Both the position numbers and the translations under genes were made by a program. A DNA stretch of 63,604 nucleotides, filler included, from Octopus bimaculoides (lineage: Eukaryota): NCBI RefSeq assembly GCF_001194135.2. It is 6 parts of 6 records of this genome, joined end to end, with 100 filler letters (N's around TTAATTAATTAA, not from the genome) between each part and the next. Parts side by side here need not be neighbours in the genome. Positions count along the whole stretch, not along the records: positions 22,839 to 40,760 come from NC_068999.1; 5 more parts are not named here. One strand, given 5' to 3'. Shown here piece by piece: positions 25,263-38,002 of the stretch. The notes beneath the pieces were generated by a model. That model made no database searches and was not told the origin of the DNA. It saw only the letters and a program-made list of their open reading frames with translations. Within the stretch, counting starts at the first letter, position 1. Each line of letters begins with the position of its first letter.

Positions 25263-25961
25263 GTGTGTATGTATGTATGTATGTATGTATGTATGTACGT
25301 ATATATATGTATATGCAGACAGGTATCTTATAGCAAAAACAGCTGCAGGCTAATGTAATTCATTGCATAATTTTTGGAAGGTAACAATTGGAAAATGCTC
25401 GAATTTGCTTCTAGGTGGGTGTGGGGGTGAGTTGGTGTGTGTGTGCGTGTGTATTCGGTCATAAAGAGTATGTTAATTATTTATTGACAATATTTGGGAA
25501 GAAATGAAAACAGTAATATCATCGATCTTGGGAAAATGCAGAGGAGAGTCGACGTCGGCAGCTTTTGAACTCGAAAAGCAAAGAAGCAAAGTACGAGTAG
25601 GAGCAGCGGTTGAAACAACATGAACAACATAAACGACGATAGCACCAACACCTGCGATATAAACAACAATATCATGGAGAAAGATATCAACAATTATAAA
25701 AAATGCCAACGTCAGCCATTGTGACAAAAATGTTCGATGCCGTCTAGAACGACGACAACAACAACAACGACAATGAAAACGACAAACACAACTAACAGCA
25801 ACAAATGTCTGTGTCCACCGCGACAGAGATTTTCAGTTGCAAGTAGAAAAAAAAAAAAATGCTGATATGGCAGACGCAAACAGCAACCGGAAAACTATCA
25901 CTCTCAAGAGAATTAAAATCAACGGCAGCAACAACAAATAATATAAAAATGACTGACCAGT

Positions 25962-26052
<91 letters not shown>

Positions 26053-26299
26053 TTTTAAAAAAGAAGTCCAATATCATTAATTATTGCAACGACGGCAGCA
26101 CCTGTTAATGTTATCAAAGACGGCAAGAAATCCAACTCGTTGAGAGGAAACTCAATAAATGACTATTTCCTCCCATAATGCATCTGCTGCGTACGAGGGG
26201 CTGGCAAGCTGTTAATTGATTTCTAACTTTTCAGAGAGACAGGATATGAGGCTAATTACATGATAACCTGTTTCGATATTGCTTTGTTTGTTAGCAATT

Positions 26300-26455
26300 T
26301 CCCCCCTTACTTCCGTCCTCACGCTCTGAGTTCAAATTCCGCCAATGTGGACCTTGGCTTTGATTCATTCGGGGTAGATAAAGTTGGTACCAGTTGTGCG
26401 ACGGAGTCGATACTTCTTCCCCACAGATTTTAAGCTGGTGCTTATAGTAAAAAGG
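26300..26455 (+). mobile_element. SINE family A, partial
   Basis: ctctgagttcaaattccgcc...ttcggggtagata...ggtgcttatagtaaaaaggattatt. Confidence 0.7.
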
Positions 26456-26499
26456 ATTATTACTATCATTATTCTCATTATTATTATTATTGTTAAGAA

Positions 26500-26714
26500 G
26501 GCGGGGAGCTTGCAGAAACGTATGCACGCCAGGCGAAATGCTTAGCGGTATTTCATCTGCCGCTACGTTCCGAGTTCAAATTCCGCCGGGTTCAGCTTTA
26601 CCTTTTTTCCTTTCGGGGTCGACAAATTAATTATGAGCTACACACTGGGGTCGATGTAATCGACTTAATCCCTTGCCCCAAATCTGAGGCCTTGCACTTC
26701 CAGTAGAAAAGATC
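26500..26714 (+). mobile_element. SINE family A, full length
   Basis: Head ggcggggagcttgcagaaacg; B box gagttcaaattcc; (ATT)n near both ends. Confidence 0.85.
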
Positions 26715-27192
26715 ATTATTATTATTATTATTATTAATTGTTGTGGAGGTGGTGGTAGTCGTAGTGTTTGTGGTGATCTTGACATTCTTCTTCTTCTTCT
26801 TCTTACTATTATTATCATCATCATCTTTGTCTACTGCTCGTTACGTTTTCTTGATGTGAAAATATAATTTGAAAAAACCGTTAATGATGTAAATAAACTG
26901 TCTCCATGGGAATATGAACATTTTGCGAAAGCAATACACGAGGACAATCATATTCACGAAGCGAATAAAAAAAACCATTCTCTTCTGTTGAAAGCCAACA
27001 GAAAAGATGTCTGGACGTGTATATGGATCTCTCTACATGTTTGTTTATTCGCACATTTATTCAGTTGAAGCTGTGGCTTTTATCCATCATCATCTTCCCT
27101 TTATCGTTTGTCATATAAAATGGAATACTCGATAGATTGGTGTATGTATGCGTGCATGTGTGTACGTATAATATATATATATATATATATAT

Positions 27193-27249
<57 letters not shown>

Positions 27250-27538
27250 NNNNNNNNNNNNNNNNNNNNNAGGGATCTGAAGATGATAGTATTTGTGAAG
27301 TTCATTCAGTTTTTCAATCGACCAATTTACTCGATTTAGTAAACGGAACCATGAACGCACCTAAAATGCATACACTATGCCCTAGGGCACATATAGTGTC
27401 TCAATAGCCAACTGGAGGAGATGTCTTCCTGGGGCTACAAGCTACAGTAGCATCAACCCTTAAGGGTTGGCCACATTTAGGGGGCAAATATACTTCACGA
27501 ATATCGTGCAGCTACTGCTTATACCTCGCTCAGAGATT

Positions 27539-27592
<54 letters not shown>

Positions 27593-28068
27593 GTATATAC
27601 ATGGATAGCTGTATATGTACATATGCATATATATACGCACATATTTTCATGTTGTGGTGCATTTATAGTTGAAATATATTTCTAGAAGCAACAGTTCAGT
27701 CTAAATATCTCCGAATAAAATATTTATAGCATTTACGAAACGCGCAATATCTCGCAAGATTTGACACGTCCAGTTCCGCTTGATTAAAGCTCATTTACTG
27801 CACTGTTCGCATTTATTTCGGAGATCAACGACTCGAATTTCATGGTTGCTGGCAAAGTGAAACATATGGACATAAAGTTTTATGTTTCCTTGTCGAAGTT
27901 TTAAATATTATTGTAACCTTAACTCGGCATTGGCCAGCTGATGTTAAAAAGGGCATCGAAAGATTACGACTGTGAAATAATGGTTGTACTTAAAACCGGA
28001 TTATGTTCAAGCTCTCAGAGACAAAGAGCGGGAGGGGGATAGGGGGAGAAAGGAGGAAGAAGAATTAC

Positions 28069-28123
28069 CTCGTTGCTATATTATTCCCTGTGAACCGAAT
28101 TCACGACACAGAAAATGGAAGAC
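28069..28123 (-). other. Candidate 55-nt non-coding exon
   Basis: Minus ...aattctttctgtttacacag|GTCTTCC...GCAACGAG|gtaatt; strong acceptor; stops in all frames. Confidence 0.3.
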
Positions 28124-28464
28124 CTGTGTAAACAGAAAGAATTTTTTTCATTTAAAATGNNNNNNNNNNNNNNNNNNNNNNNNNNNNNNNNNNNNNNNNN
28201 NNNNNNNNNNNNNNNNNNNNNNNNNNNNNNNNNNNNNNNNNNNNNNNNNNNNNNNNNNNNNNNNNNNNNNNNNNNNNNNNNNNNNNNNNNNNNNNNNNNN
28301 NNNNNNNNNNNNNNNNNNNNNNNNNNNNNNNNNNNNNNNNNNCACAGAAAATGGAAGACCTGTGTAAACAGAAAGAATTTTTTTCATTTAAAATGGCTTT
28401 GCAGTGAAGAGGTTATAGATAGACAGATAGATAGATAGATACATTCATAGATAGGTAAACAGAC

Positions 28465-28534
<70 letters not shown>

Positions 28535-28862
28535 TTAGATAATTTGGATATAACTCTTGGATTATAAATTTTACAGCTGTTCTTGAATGTTGCTGTTGTC
28601 ATTTGCAGTTGTTGCTATTGTTGATGCTACTGTTGCCATTGCTGTTGTAGTTTTCACCGTTGCTGATGTTGCTGTTACTGCTGCTGCTGTTGTCGGGATT
28701 AACCTGAGGCCGAGTGGCAGAACAGACACAGAACGTTACAGCCTGCTTGCAATATATCTGTATATGTCGTTGTTTAGATGTGGTATTCATGTTGATTTTG
28801 TATTCTCTTCTTCGATTACTAAACTTCCAGCAACGAACCGATGGTGCACTACTATATACTCG

Positions 28863-28916
<54 letters not shown>

Positions 28917-29409
28917 TCTATATAGGTCTTCTACATGACTTCTCTGTCAGTTTGTAAAAGCAGACATAATTTTTTGAAATCATACTCTAACGTCAACAAA
29001 TACAAGCAAACGTAGGATAAGGTGAAAGCATTATTTGTAGGTATTCACAATTTACATCTTTCTGTGGATAGTCACAGGTTAATCATAACATTACAAGATC
29101 AAAGTCCTCATTCTAAACAACTATACTAATAACTTTCAAATTTGTTAGTGAACGACTAAGTCTTCATATACTCACTCAACTTGCTAGAAATAACAACCAA
29201 ATCTTTCTCAAAACAGTACTTAAAAATGATAATTAATATCAGTGTTTTGACAAAGTGACCAGGTATTGTCCCGTTGAGATCCTAGTTTCAACAGCACCAA
29301 CGTTTACAAATCATAATATATCATTCACAAATGCGTGTTCAAATCCTACCAAAGTCAAATTCCTTAATTGTTGCCTAAACTAGAACACATTGATATTTCT
29401 CGTCTCTAA

Positions 29410-29605
29410 GGTAGAATCGTTGGAACGCCGGGCAAAATGGTGAGCGGCATTTCGTCTGGTTTTACGTTTAAATTTTACTGAGGTTGATTTAGGCGTTCAT
29501 CGTTTCGAGGTCGATAAAATAAGTACCTGCTGATCACTGGGATCGATGTAATCGGTTTACCTCGTCAACTGACACTGCTGGCCTTGTGTCAAAATTTGAA
29601 ACCGA
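29410..29605 (+). mobile_element. SINE family A
   Basis: ggtagaatcgttggaacgccgggcaaaatg...ggccttgtgtcaaaatttgaaacc. Confidence 0.8.
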
Positions 29606-31057
29606 TGTTTTTGTCTATATTTAGTTGTTTTTCCATTATCACTCATTCTAAGTTCAAATCTGGTCGGGGCCAAGTTCACCTTCCATCCCTCCGGTGTTCA
29701 TTAAACAAAGTTCAAGTCAAACACTGGTGTCGACGGAATCAACCAGCATCTCTGCTCTTGTACCCAAATCACAGACCTTTAATGCACATATCATCAAGAG
29801 TGGGGGTTCGACAGAATCGGTAGAGTGTCGGAAAGAATGCTCTGTAGTATTTTATTCTGACATACGTGTTCTAACCCAGCTGAGTTCAGCTTTAGTTTTC
29901 ATTTTCTGATTGCTGTTGATAAAACAAAGTAACGGACGGCTTAATAAATTGAAATCTTCGCGCCAAAGCTGTTGGTCTTGTGACTAAATTAATAAAACCT
30001 TATATTTTCGATTCATCCAAAAAATGGTTTCAGAAACCTGGAGTTCTTGTTTACAAGAGTAGAAAGTATTTCGAAAGTTTTAAACAGTTTCAACAAAATT
30101 CGCATAAATTCTTACACTGTAATTATTAGGAATACACACGTAGCTGTATCGCATCTTTGTTGTTTAACAGTGCAGTAGACTTCGTTGTCCTTATTACTGG
30201 CGCTGTCATCGTCGACGCCATCGTTGATATTGTCATCATTCTGGATCGTCTTTATAGTCATCGTTTTCTTGTCGACGCTCTTGTTGTTTTTGTTGATGTT
30301 GTTGTTGCTGTTGGTGGTGATGGTGGTGGTGTTGTTGTTGTTGTTGTTGGTGGTGGTCAGTAAGTGATGATCAAGCCTTATTTCGTCACTGACCATCTCT
30401 TTTTTCTACAGTTATGAACAGCTTCATTATCCAATGGGTTCGTTCCTAATTGAACACTTTAGACTGTGATTTTAGAGAGATTTAGCTAATATATCTAGAT
30501 CAAGAAGAAACGTCGAATGGAAATCCTCATTAAATTTTCACGTTTTATGGCCAAATCAACTGAGTTACATAGTTGTATAGAATGGACACATGGAGTGAAA
30601 AATTAATGAGGTAAGTACTACTGATGTTTCTGCCAAAAGCTCCGCCAAAACGAATAGGAAAATCTAATTTGTTGGACATTATTGTAAATAAGACCATTAA
30701 CATTAGATTTCACTTCATCTGTGTCCACGATAAGAAAACGAATGTTATTATTATTATTATGAATTTGTGTTGCTTCATGTATAACAATGAAATATGTCGT
30801 AGATAAGAAGTCATCTAGCTACGCTAAAATGAGATCTAAAGTTACAAAGATTTACACGTTTCCACTTCAAATTCAACCAATTATACAGAATTTGCGAGCA
30901 GACATGGTTATGCAGTTAAGGAAGTTACTTCGCAGCCGCATGTTTTTTTTTTTTTAATTGAATCACTTTGAATATGTTTGGGACTTATTTGATCTGTACA
31001 CAGGCCATCTTCACTTGCCGGAGAAGATGTCTCGCTTTAAGGAAACACGTTTTTATA

Positions 31058-31486
31058 TTTTACTTGTTTCACTCAATAGATTGCGGCCATGCTGGGGCAA
31101 CGCCTTATAAAATTGACCAAAGGACCGACTATTGTGCTTATCATCTCTTTTTAAGCCAGGCACTTATTCTAACGCTTGCTTTTGCCGGACTGCTAAGATA
31201 CGGGGATGTAAACACACCANNNNNNNNNNNNNNNNNNNNNNNNNNNNNNNNNNNNNNNNNNNNNNNNNNNNNNNNNNNNNNNNNNNNNNNNNNNNNNNNN
31301 NNNNNNNNNNNNNNNNNNNNNNNNNNATATATATATATATATATATATATTTATTTATTTACGACAGGCTTCTTTCAGTCTCCCTCTATCAAATCTACTT
31401 ACAAGGCTTGACCAAGATGCCATGCAGTAGGACGGAACCCGGAGCCATATGGTTCGGAAGCAAACTTCTTAACACACAGACACGCC
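31058..31486 (-). mobile_element. SINE family B spanning an N gap
   Basis: 3' part 31058-31219 and head 31360-31486 in the expected order. Confidence 0.8.
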
Positions 31487-32409
31487 TTTTGAAGAATACC
31501 AAGTCATTTACAGGCGTCCTCTAGCGGAATTGTTGATTGTATTTATAAGTATGAAAACAAAGATGGGATGCTAATGAAAAGGAATGAATTGGAGTATGTG
31601 GCACTTCACTCAATAAAAGAAGGGGACGAAATTCTTTGACACTAGCAGACGACATCAAACTAAAATATAATTCTATTTTTTTAAAATCATTAAATATTAA
31701 CATCGAACTTTAAAAATGGATGGAATATAAAAACTAAAATCTAAAACTAATGTAAGTCTAATGGTTTCAGCAAACAACATATTCTAACATAAACACTCAG
31801 AGATAACAAAAAAAAAACAATAAAAATTCTTGAAAGAGAATATTGCAAGATATATTTTAAGAGGCAAAAGAAAAAAAAGTTAACAGAAGAGTTTTAATAA
31901 TTGGTTTTATCACCAGACGTTAATAATAAGATATTTCTTCATCTTCATTTTATTTTGTTTTATTTCATTTTATCTATTATTATTTTATTTTATTTATTTT
32001 AGTTTCCATCTTAAAGTAAAACCGAAACGATTTTTTTCCAGACATAAAACATGAAGAAATGGGAGAAAATAGATGACTGATGATATATATTTTCATAAGA
32101 GAAATAAAAGCAGCAGAGAGAGTGTATATAATAAGGAATAGTCTTCAAAGGGTAGAGAAATAATTACAAATGCCGATACTATCGGAATGGTAACAAGAAA
32201 AAAAAAAGAAAAGAAAAAGAAAACGTTGTATACGGTGAATTTAGTGTATGATTTGATTTCTTTATTTTTTCCGCGATGGCTTGTCGCGTTAAAATTTCAA
32301 AAACAGAGATACGATGTAGAGAAAAAGTCAGAGATACTGGAAACACATACACACATACGCACATAATTGTAGGCTTACCTGCGTATGTGCTTATTTATAT
32401 ATAAGGACA

Positions 32410-32478
<69 letters not shown>

Positions 32479-33959
32479 GTCTGCATGCACAGGCACACAT
32501 GCACACAAACACACACACATAAGTATATATACATTCACGGACAAACACAGTGATGGGAAGTGTGGGTGTTAGTTACAAAACTATTGCGATGCCTATGCAA
32601 ATATCTGCGAGCATGTATTCAGCAGAAATAAGCACAAGAGTACACCGTGTCCAGAACAAAAATAATATATATATATATACATACATGCCAAGCATGCATA
32701 GTAATAAACAAACGGACCGAAACATGTATTCAATGCACTGAATGCACAGTCGACCGAATAACAAAAACAGAAGGTTGCCACTGCCTTATCGGTTAAACGC
32801 AAAAATGTCGCGCGGAATTTCGTGCCATATATGTATGCATGTATATATGTATGTATATAATCTTTTCCTTATATTGTATTCACGGTGACTACTTGATAAA
32901 TTCTTATATAGATCTTAGCATATATATAATTTTGTATATATATATATATATATATNNNNNNNNNNNNNNNNNNNNNNNNNNNNNNNNNNNNNNNNNNNNN
33001 NNNNNNNNNNNNNNNNNNNNNNNNNNNNNNNNNNNNNNNNNNNNNNNNNNNNNNNNNNNNNNNNNNNNNNNNNNNNNNNNNNNNNNNNNNNNNNNNNNNN
33101 NNNNNNNNNNNNNNNNNNNNNNNNNNNNNNNNNNNNNNNNNNNNNNNNNNNNNNNNNNNNNNNNNNNNNNNNNNNNNNNNNNNNNNNNNNNNNNNNNNNN
33201 NNNNNNNNNNNNNNNNNNNNNNNNNNNNNNNNNNNNNNNNNNNNNNNNNNNNNNNNNNNNNNNNNNNNNNNNNNNNNNNNNNNNNNNNNNNNNNNNNNNN
33301 NNNNNNNNNNNNNNNNNNNNNNNNNNNNNNNNNNNNNNNNNNNNNNNNNNNNNNNNNNNNNNNNNNNNNNNNNNNNNNNNNNNNNNNNNNNNNNNNNNNN
33401 NNNNNNNNNNNNNNNNNNNNNNNNNNNNNNNNNNNNNNNNNNNNNNNNNNNNNNNNNNNNNNNNNNNNNNNNNNNNNNNNNNNNNNNNNNNNNNNNNNNN
33501 NNNNNNNNNNNNNNNNNNNNNNNNNNNNNNNNNNNNNNNNNNNNNNNNNNNNNNNNNNNNNNNNNNNNNNNNNNNNNNNNNNNNNNNNNNNNNNNNNNNN
33601 NNNNNNNNNNNNNNNNNNNNNNNNNNNNNNNNNNNNNNNNNNNNNNNNNNNNNNNNNNNNNNNNNNNNNNNNNNNNNNNNNNNNNNNNNNNNNNNNNNNN
33701 NNNNNNNNNNNNNNNNNNNNNNNNNNNNNNNNNNNNNNNNNNNNNNNNNNNNNNNNNNNNNNNNNNNNNNNNNNNNNNNNNNNNNNNNNNNNNNNNNNNN
33801 NNNNNNNNNNNNNNNNNNNNNNNNCAAACTAATGAACTAATCGATTTGCAATTTTCCAGGTTTTCCAGATAAGATGAAGGGAATATTCTTTATGTTGCCT
33901 GTCTCGCTTCTCTATTTGTTTCTTTCGTTGTTCGAAAAAAAGTTCCTTCTCCATGCTTT

Positions 33960-34346
33960 TGTTTGTTATGTTCTCATTTCTCATTTTGTTCACGTTTTTT
34001 GATGCCCTGTACCCAGAACGTTCGTCAATATATCGACATTTTTTTGGCCATCTTCGAAACGTCTGAACCACTCGTAAACTCGTGTGCGGCTCACACACGC
34101 CTCTCCATACACTTTTTGCAACTTGGCGTAGGCCTCTGAGCAGGTATCGCCATGACAACTTTCTCTGTCAGGGATCTCTGCGACGATCTCAACTCTCAGT
34201 AAACATCGGAAGTGAGATAGAACGTTAAAACTTACAGCGCATGCACAGCAGAGTTTAAAGTCAATCTGGGCCGAGCGACTTTACTCTGCATCTTTTAGCT
34301 TCGTTACTATGGCAACTGTCCGGATACTTATTGATCAGACCTCGTA
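33960..34346 (-). mobile_element. Mariner transposon relic, 5' end with TIR and HTH
   Basis: Minus terminus TA-CGAGGTCTGATCAATAAGTATCCGGAC; translation SEAYAKLQKVYGEACVSRTRVYEWFRRFEDG matches the mariner N-terminal HTH; frameshift before DERSG. Confidence 0.88.
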
Positions 34347-35048
34347 TACACTCAGATAGGGTTACAACGATTACAACAATAAAAGCCCGTAATAAACTTG
34401 AGAAAAATCAAATCGTCCTAAACACATGCCTCCTTTTCAAGCACGTATGACGCGGACGGTACGGATGCATTGTTAACGCCTTCCATCACACGTCAACAAC
34501 TGCTTACCGCTTTTATGGGTCTATAATTGCAAATGATTTTTAATATCATTAATGAATAACAGTAGGATTGCAAGCTACATTTGTCATTTACTGAATGATG
34601 GGACGTCTATTGTCTGCTATCAGCTTGGTTCTCCTCCACGCCTAATGGACGCTCCTAGACAGAGATCTACAATGTTTTTAGCTTCGAACCAGCTTCTAAT
34701 GTATAATAAATTAATGGGACAGTTTAGCATCCGATTATTATCCTTCAAACATATCTGTGTATATATGCTGGCGTGTGTTTTTGTACATATGTCGTGTATA
34801 TACGTGTGAATAAACGTGCACGAGTATATATATATATATATATNNNNNNNNNNNNNNNNNNNNNNNNNNNNNNNNNNNNNNNNNNNNNNNNNNNNNNNNN
34901 NNNNNNNNNNNNNNNNNNNNNNNNNNNNNNNNNNNNNNNNNNNNNNNNNNNNNNNNNNNNNNNNNNNNNNNNNNNNNNNNNNNNNNNNNNNNNNNNNNNN
35001 NNNNNNNNNNNNNNNNNNNNNNNNNNNNNNNNNNNNNNNNNNNNNNNN

Positions 35049-35108
<60 letters not shown>

Positions 35109-36629
35109 GTGTGTGCGTGTGTATATGTGTGTATGTATTTGTATATTTATATATAGATTGTTTTCACGTCTATGTGTATGTGTATGCATACCTTTACGTA
35201 TGTGTTGACAGTAATAGCTGTGTGTAAAATCTGTCAGTGAAAGGGAAGTAAATCGAATATTTAGACTTCGTTAAAATCACTTGTAATGAACGTCATGCTA
35301 ATTAATTCCAAGTTTTATCATTTTATATTCGCCTGTGTTGAATACAAATTCTTGGTGGAGTTCTGTTATTTCGAAGTACACAAATCTGAATTGAACATTA
35401 TGACGTGTTCCTAAAATGGTCAAGTAATATCTACTCGCAAGTTCCGTCATTATTTGTTTAAAGCAAAAACATTCCTGCCTCTATCATAATCTGGGTTTAC
35501 AATTAAATTTTAAAATGGCCAAGTATATATATATATACATGTAGTGGCTGTGAAATGACTATTGAATTTTACTTGTCATTATTTCTGGTTTTTGGCGACC
35601 AAATATGGATGGAAAGCTTTGTAGAAAACCTTTTTTTTTTTATTGAGTGTACGAATATGTTGATAATCCGAAATTCAAATCATTTTCCGGTTAATCCAGC
35701 TTATTTCTGCGTACACAATTGTTATACGCTTAGAGAAGTGGGTATGTATATTAGGGCTTTCGTAATACATTCATCGTTGAGGGGAGTAAGCTAAGAGATG
35801 AGTCTATGTTCTTATTATTGGGCAGAATTTACGAATAAAGGGGTTAATAAAGTTACAAAATTTCAAAAGTAAAAAATAGCTTCTCTTAATCATATTTTGG
35901 CTTCTATAATTCTTTGGAAAATAAGAAAATATTAAATTAAGAAGTCTCTGGCGTTATTCCAAATGGATAATTCAAGTAACAATATCTTTCGAGTTTGAGT
36001 GATATAGCGTTTTCTTTTCCATACTTTTTTTTTTTTTTTTTTTTGATATCCGACTTTAGGCAGAAGAAATACGTCTAAAAACCTCGCAGTATTGTGTTGC
36101 AATTTATTGTCAACACTTTCAAACTATTCCACACACACACAAACACACAACCACACCCACACACAAGCACTTACGCACAAAAACATACACAGACACACAC
36201 GCGCACGCATACACAAACACGGGCACTCGTACACACACACACGCACAAACACACATGCACAAACATACGCACACACACATTTGTATTAATATATGTTTTT
36301 AAGTCGAGTTATCTTCTATCTTGGACTCGTTTTAGCCATTAGACTGAGGCCATACTGGGGCAGAGAGATGGATATGCATACTTTGTAGACTTATGCTCTA
36401 ATAGCATGCTACTCATGTTCCAACCATCTAACCATCCCATGAATGTCTTGCATAATTTTCCCTCTGGAATGGTAGGACTCATATGGCTGGTTAGGCGGTT
36501 TCTTTGGCATATAAGTGACACCGATCACAGCTTCCCTTCTGAACGGAATACCGGTCCGTGGCAGGGTTCAATGTCAGTATTTTCGAGAGAAAAGTTGAGC
36601 TCGATTACATTTGATCCATTGCTCCACCT

Positions 36630-36768
36630 GTGACTTATTTTACCTGCCTTGAAGGGAGAGAAAACAAAGTTAACATTGGCGGGATTTAAACTTAGAACAG
36701 AAAAAGGCGGAAGGAATGCCGCTCCTCATTTTGTCCGACACGCTAACAATTTCGCCAGCTCGCCGCTT
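36630..36768 (-). mobile_element. SINE family A head
   Basis: ...cgctaacaatttcgccagctcgccgc is the reverse complement of the head. Confidence 0.75.
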
Positions 36769-37430
36769 TAATGACTTAAAATTCCAATCTCTTAATTAGC
36801 TTCTGGGTTTGTGTTCTTTCTGGCTTATGAAGCCTATTTCTCAAAACCGCGGCTGTGTCAATTAGTTACATGAACAAATGCTCATCATAATCATATATGC
36901 ATAATATGAAAAATAAAAGTACAGATGCAATATCTGTAGATATCAAATGAGTTCACAGTATATTTTCAACTTCCATATTTCCATTGCATTTTACACTTTG
37001 ATAACGTTTGCGGAACAATCGATTTTGGTACAGATATTTCTGTATATATTACGCTGTTTGTTTAAAAACATTTAAAATCTATATACCTACTTCTGTGATT
37101 TACCGTAAACATTTTCCCCCAGTAAAGAGGTAGTACAATTGTGTGGAATGTGTACAACGTATATATATGTGCGTATATCTGCTAAAAGATTTGTTCTGAT
37201 TCATAGAGTTCAAGCCGGTTGCTACTAAATTAACACGTATGTCTATTTGTTTTACATATCTCCTTACAAGACTCGCGATCCATTCTTTAGCATTTCGATC
37301 GAAATTCGAAATTCTATATATTAATGACTTCTTTGCCTGGCAAGACTCTCTTTTATACGAACGTGAAGACATTTTAACAATCTAAAACATGCTAATACAG
37401 CATTGCCAACAGTGTTATGTAAGTATGTAC

Positions 37431-37464
<34 letters not shown>

Positions 37465-37969
37465 GTGTGTGCGCGTGTGTGTGTGTGTGTGTAGCATGAT
37501 GTGTTATTTTGCCAAAGAGAAAAACTAAAAGATAGATAAATAATAATTCCACTAAAACACTGTGTTAATTAAGGCAATACGTTTTAATCAAAATTCTCAA
37601 ATATACATAAAACATATAATTCATATACATATATATATATATATGTTTGTATGTATGTATATGTATGTATTTACACATATGTGTGTATGTGTGTGTGTGC
37701 GTATTATGTATTCTTACTGATTATATACATAATACAACGATGCGAGATTTTTTTTTTAACAAAAGAAAAAAATTAGAATCTCGATTGAAGTTGTATCGAC
37801 ACAAACCAGTTTGGTAATCTATTATATTTTCTGGCTAGACACCAACATTATAATAACGCTCAAGTATTTTCTTGGTGTGTTTTTTTATTCTTGTTTTTAT
37901 CCCCCCATTTAATTCAAGAATTCTATTTCTTTCTCTTCATCATTTATAATTTAGTTTTACTTTTACATA

Positions 37970-38002
<33 letters not shown>

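Noticed and set aside
25490-25623. Protein-like plus frame DNIWEEMKTVISSILGKC...
   Set aside because: No splice support or family match; it grades into decayed AAC/GAC repeats.
27454-27469. 16-bp perfect palindrome CAACCCTTAAGGGTTG
   Set aside because: Single occurrence with no supporting context; compatible with chance.
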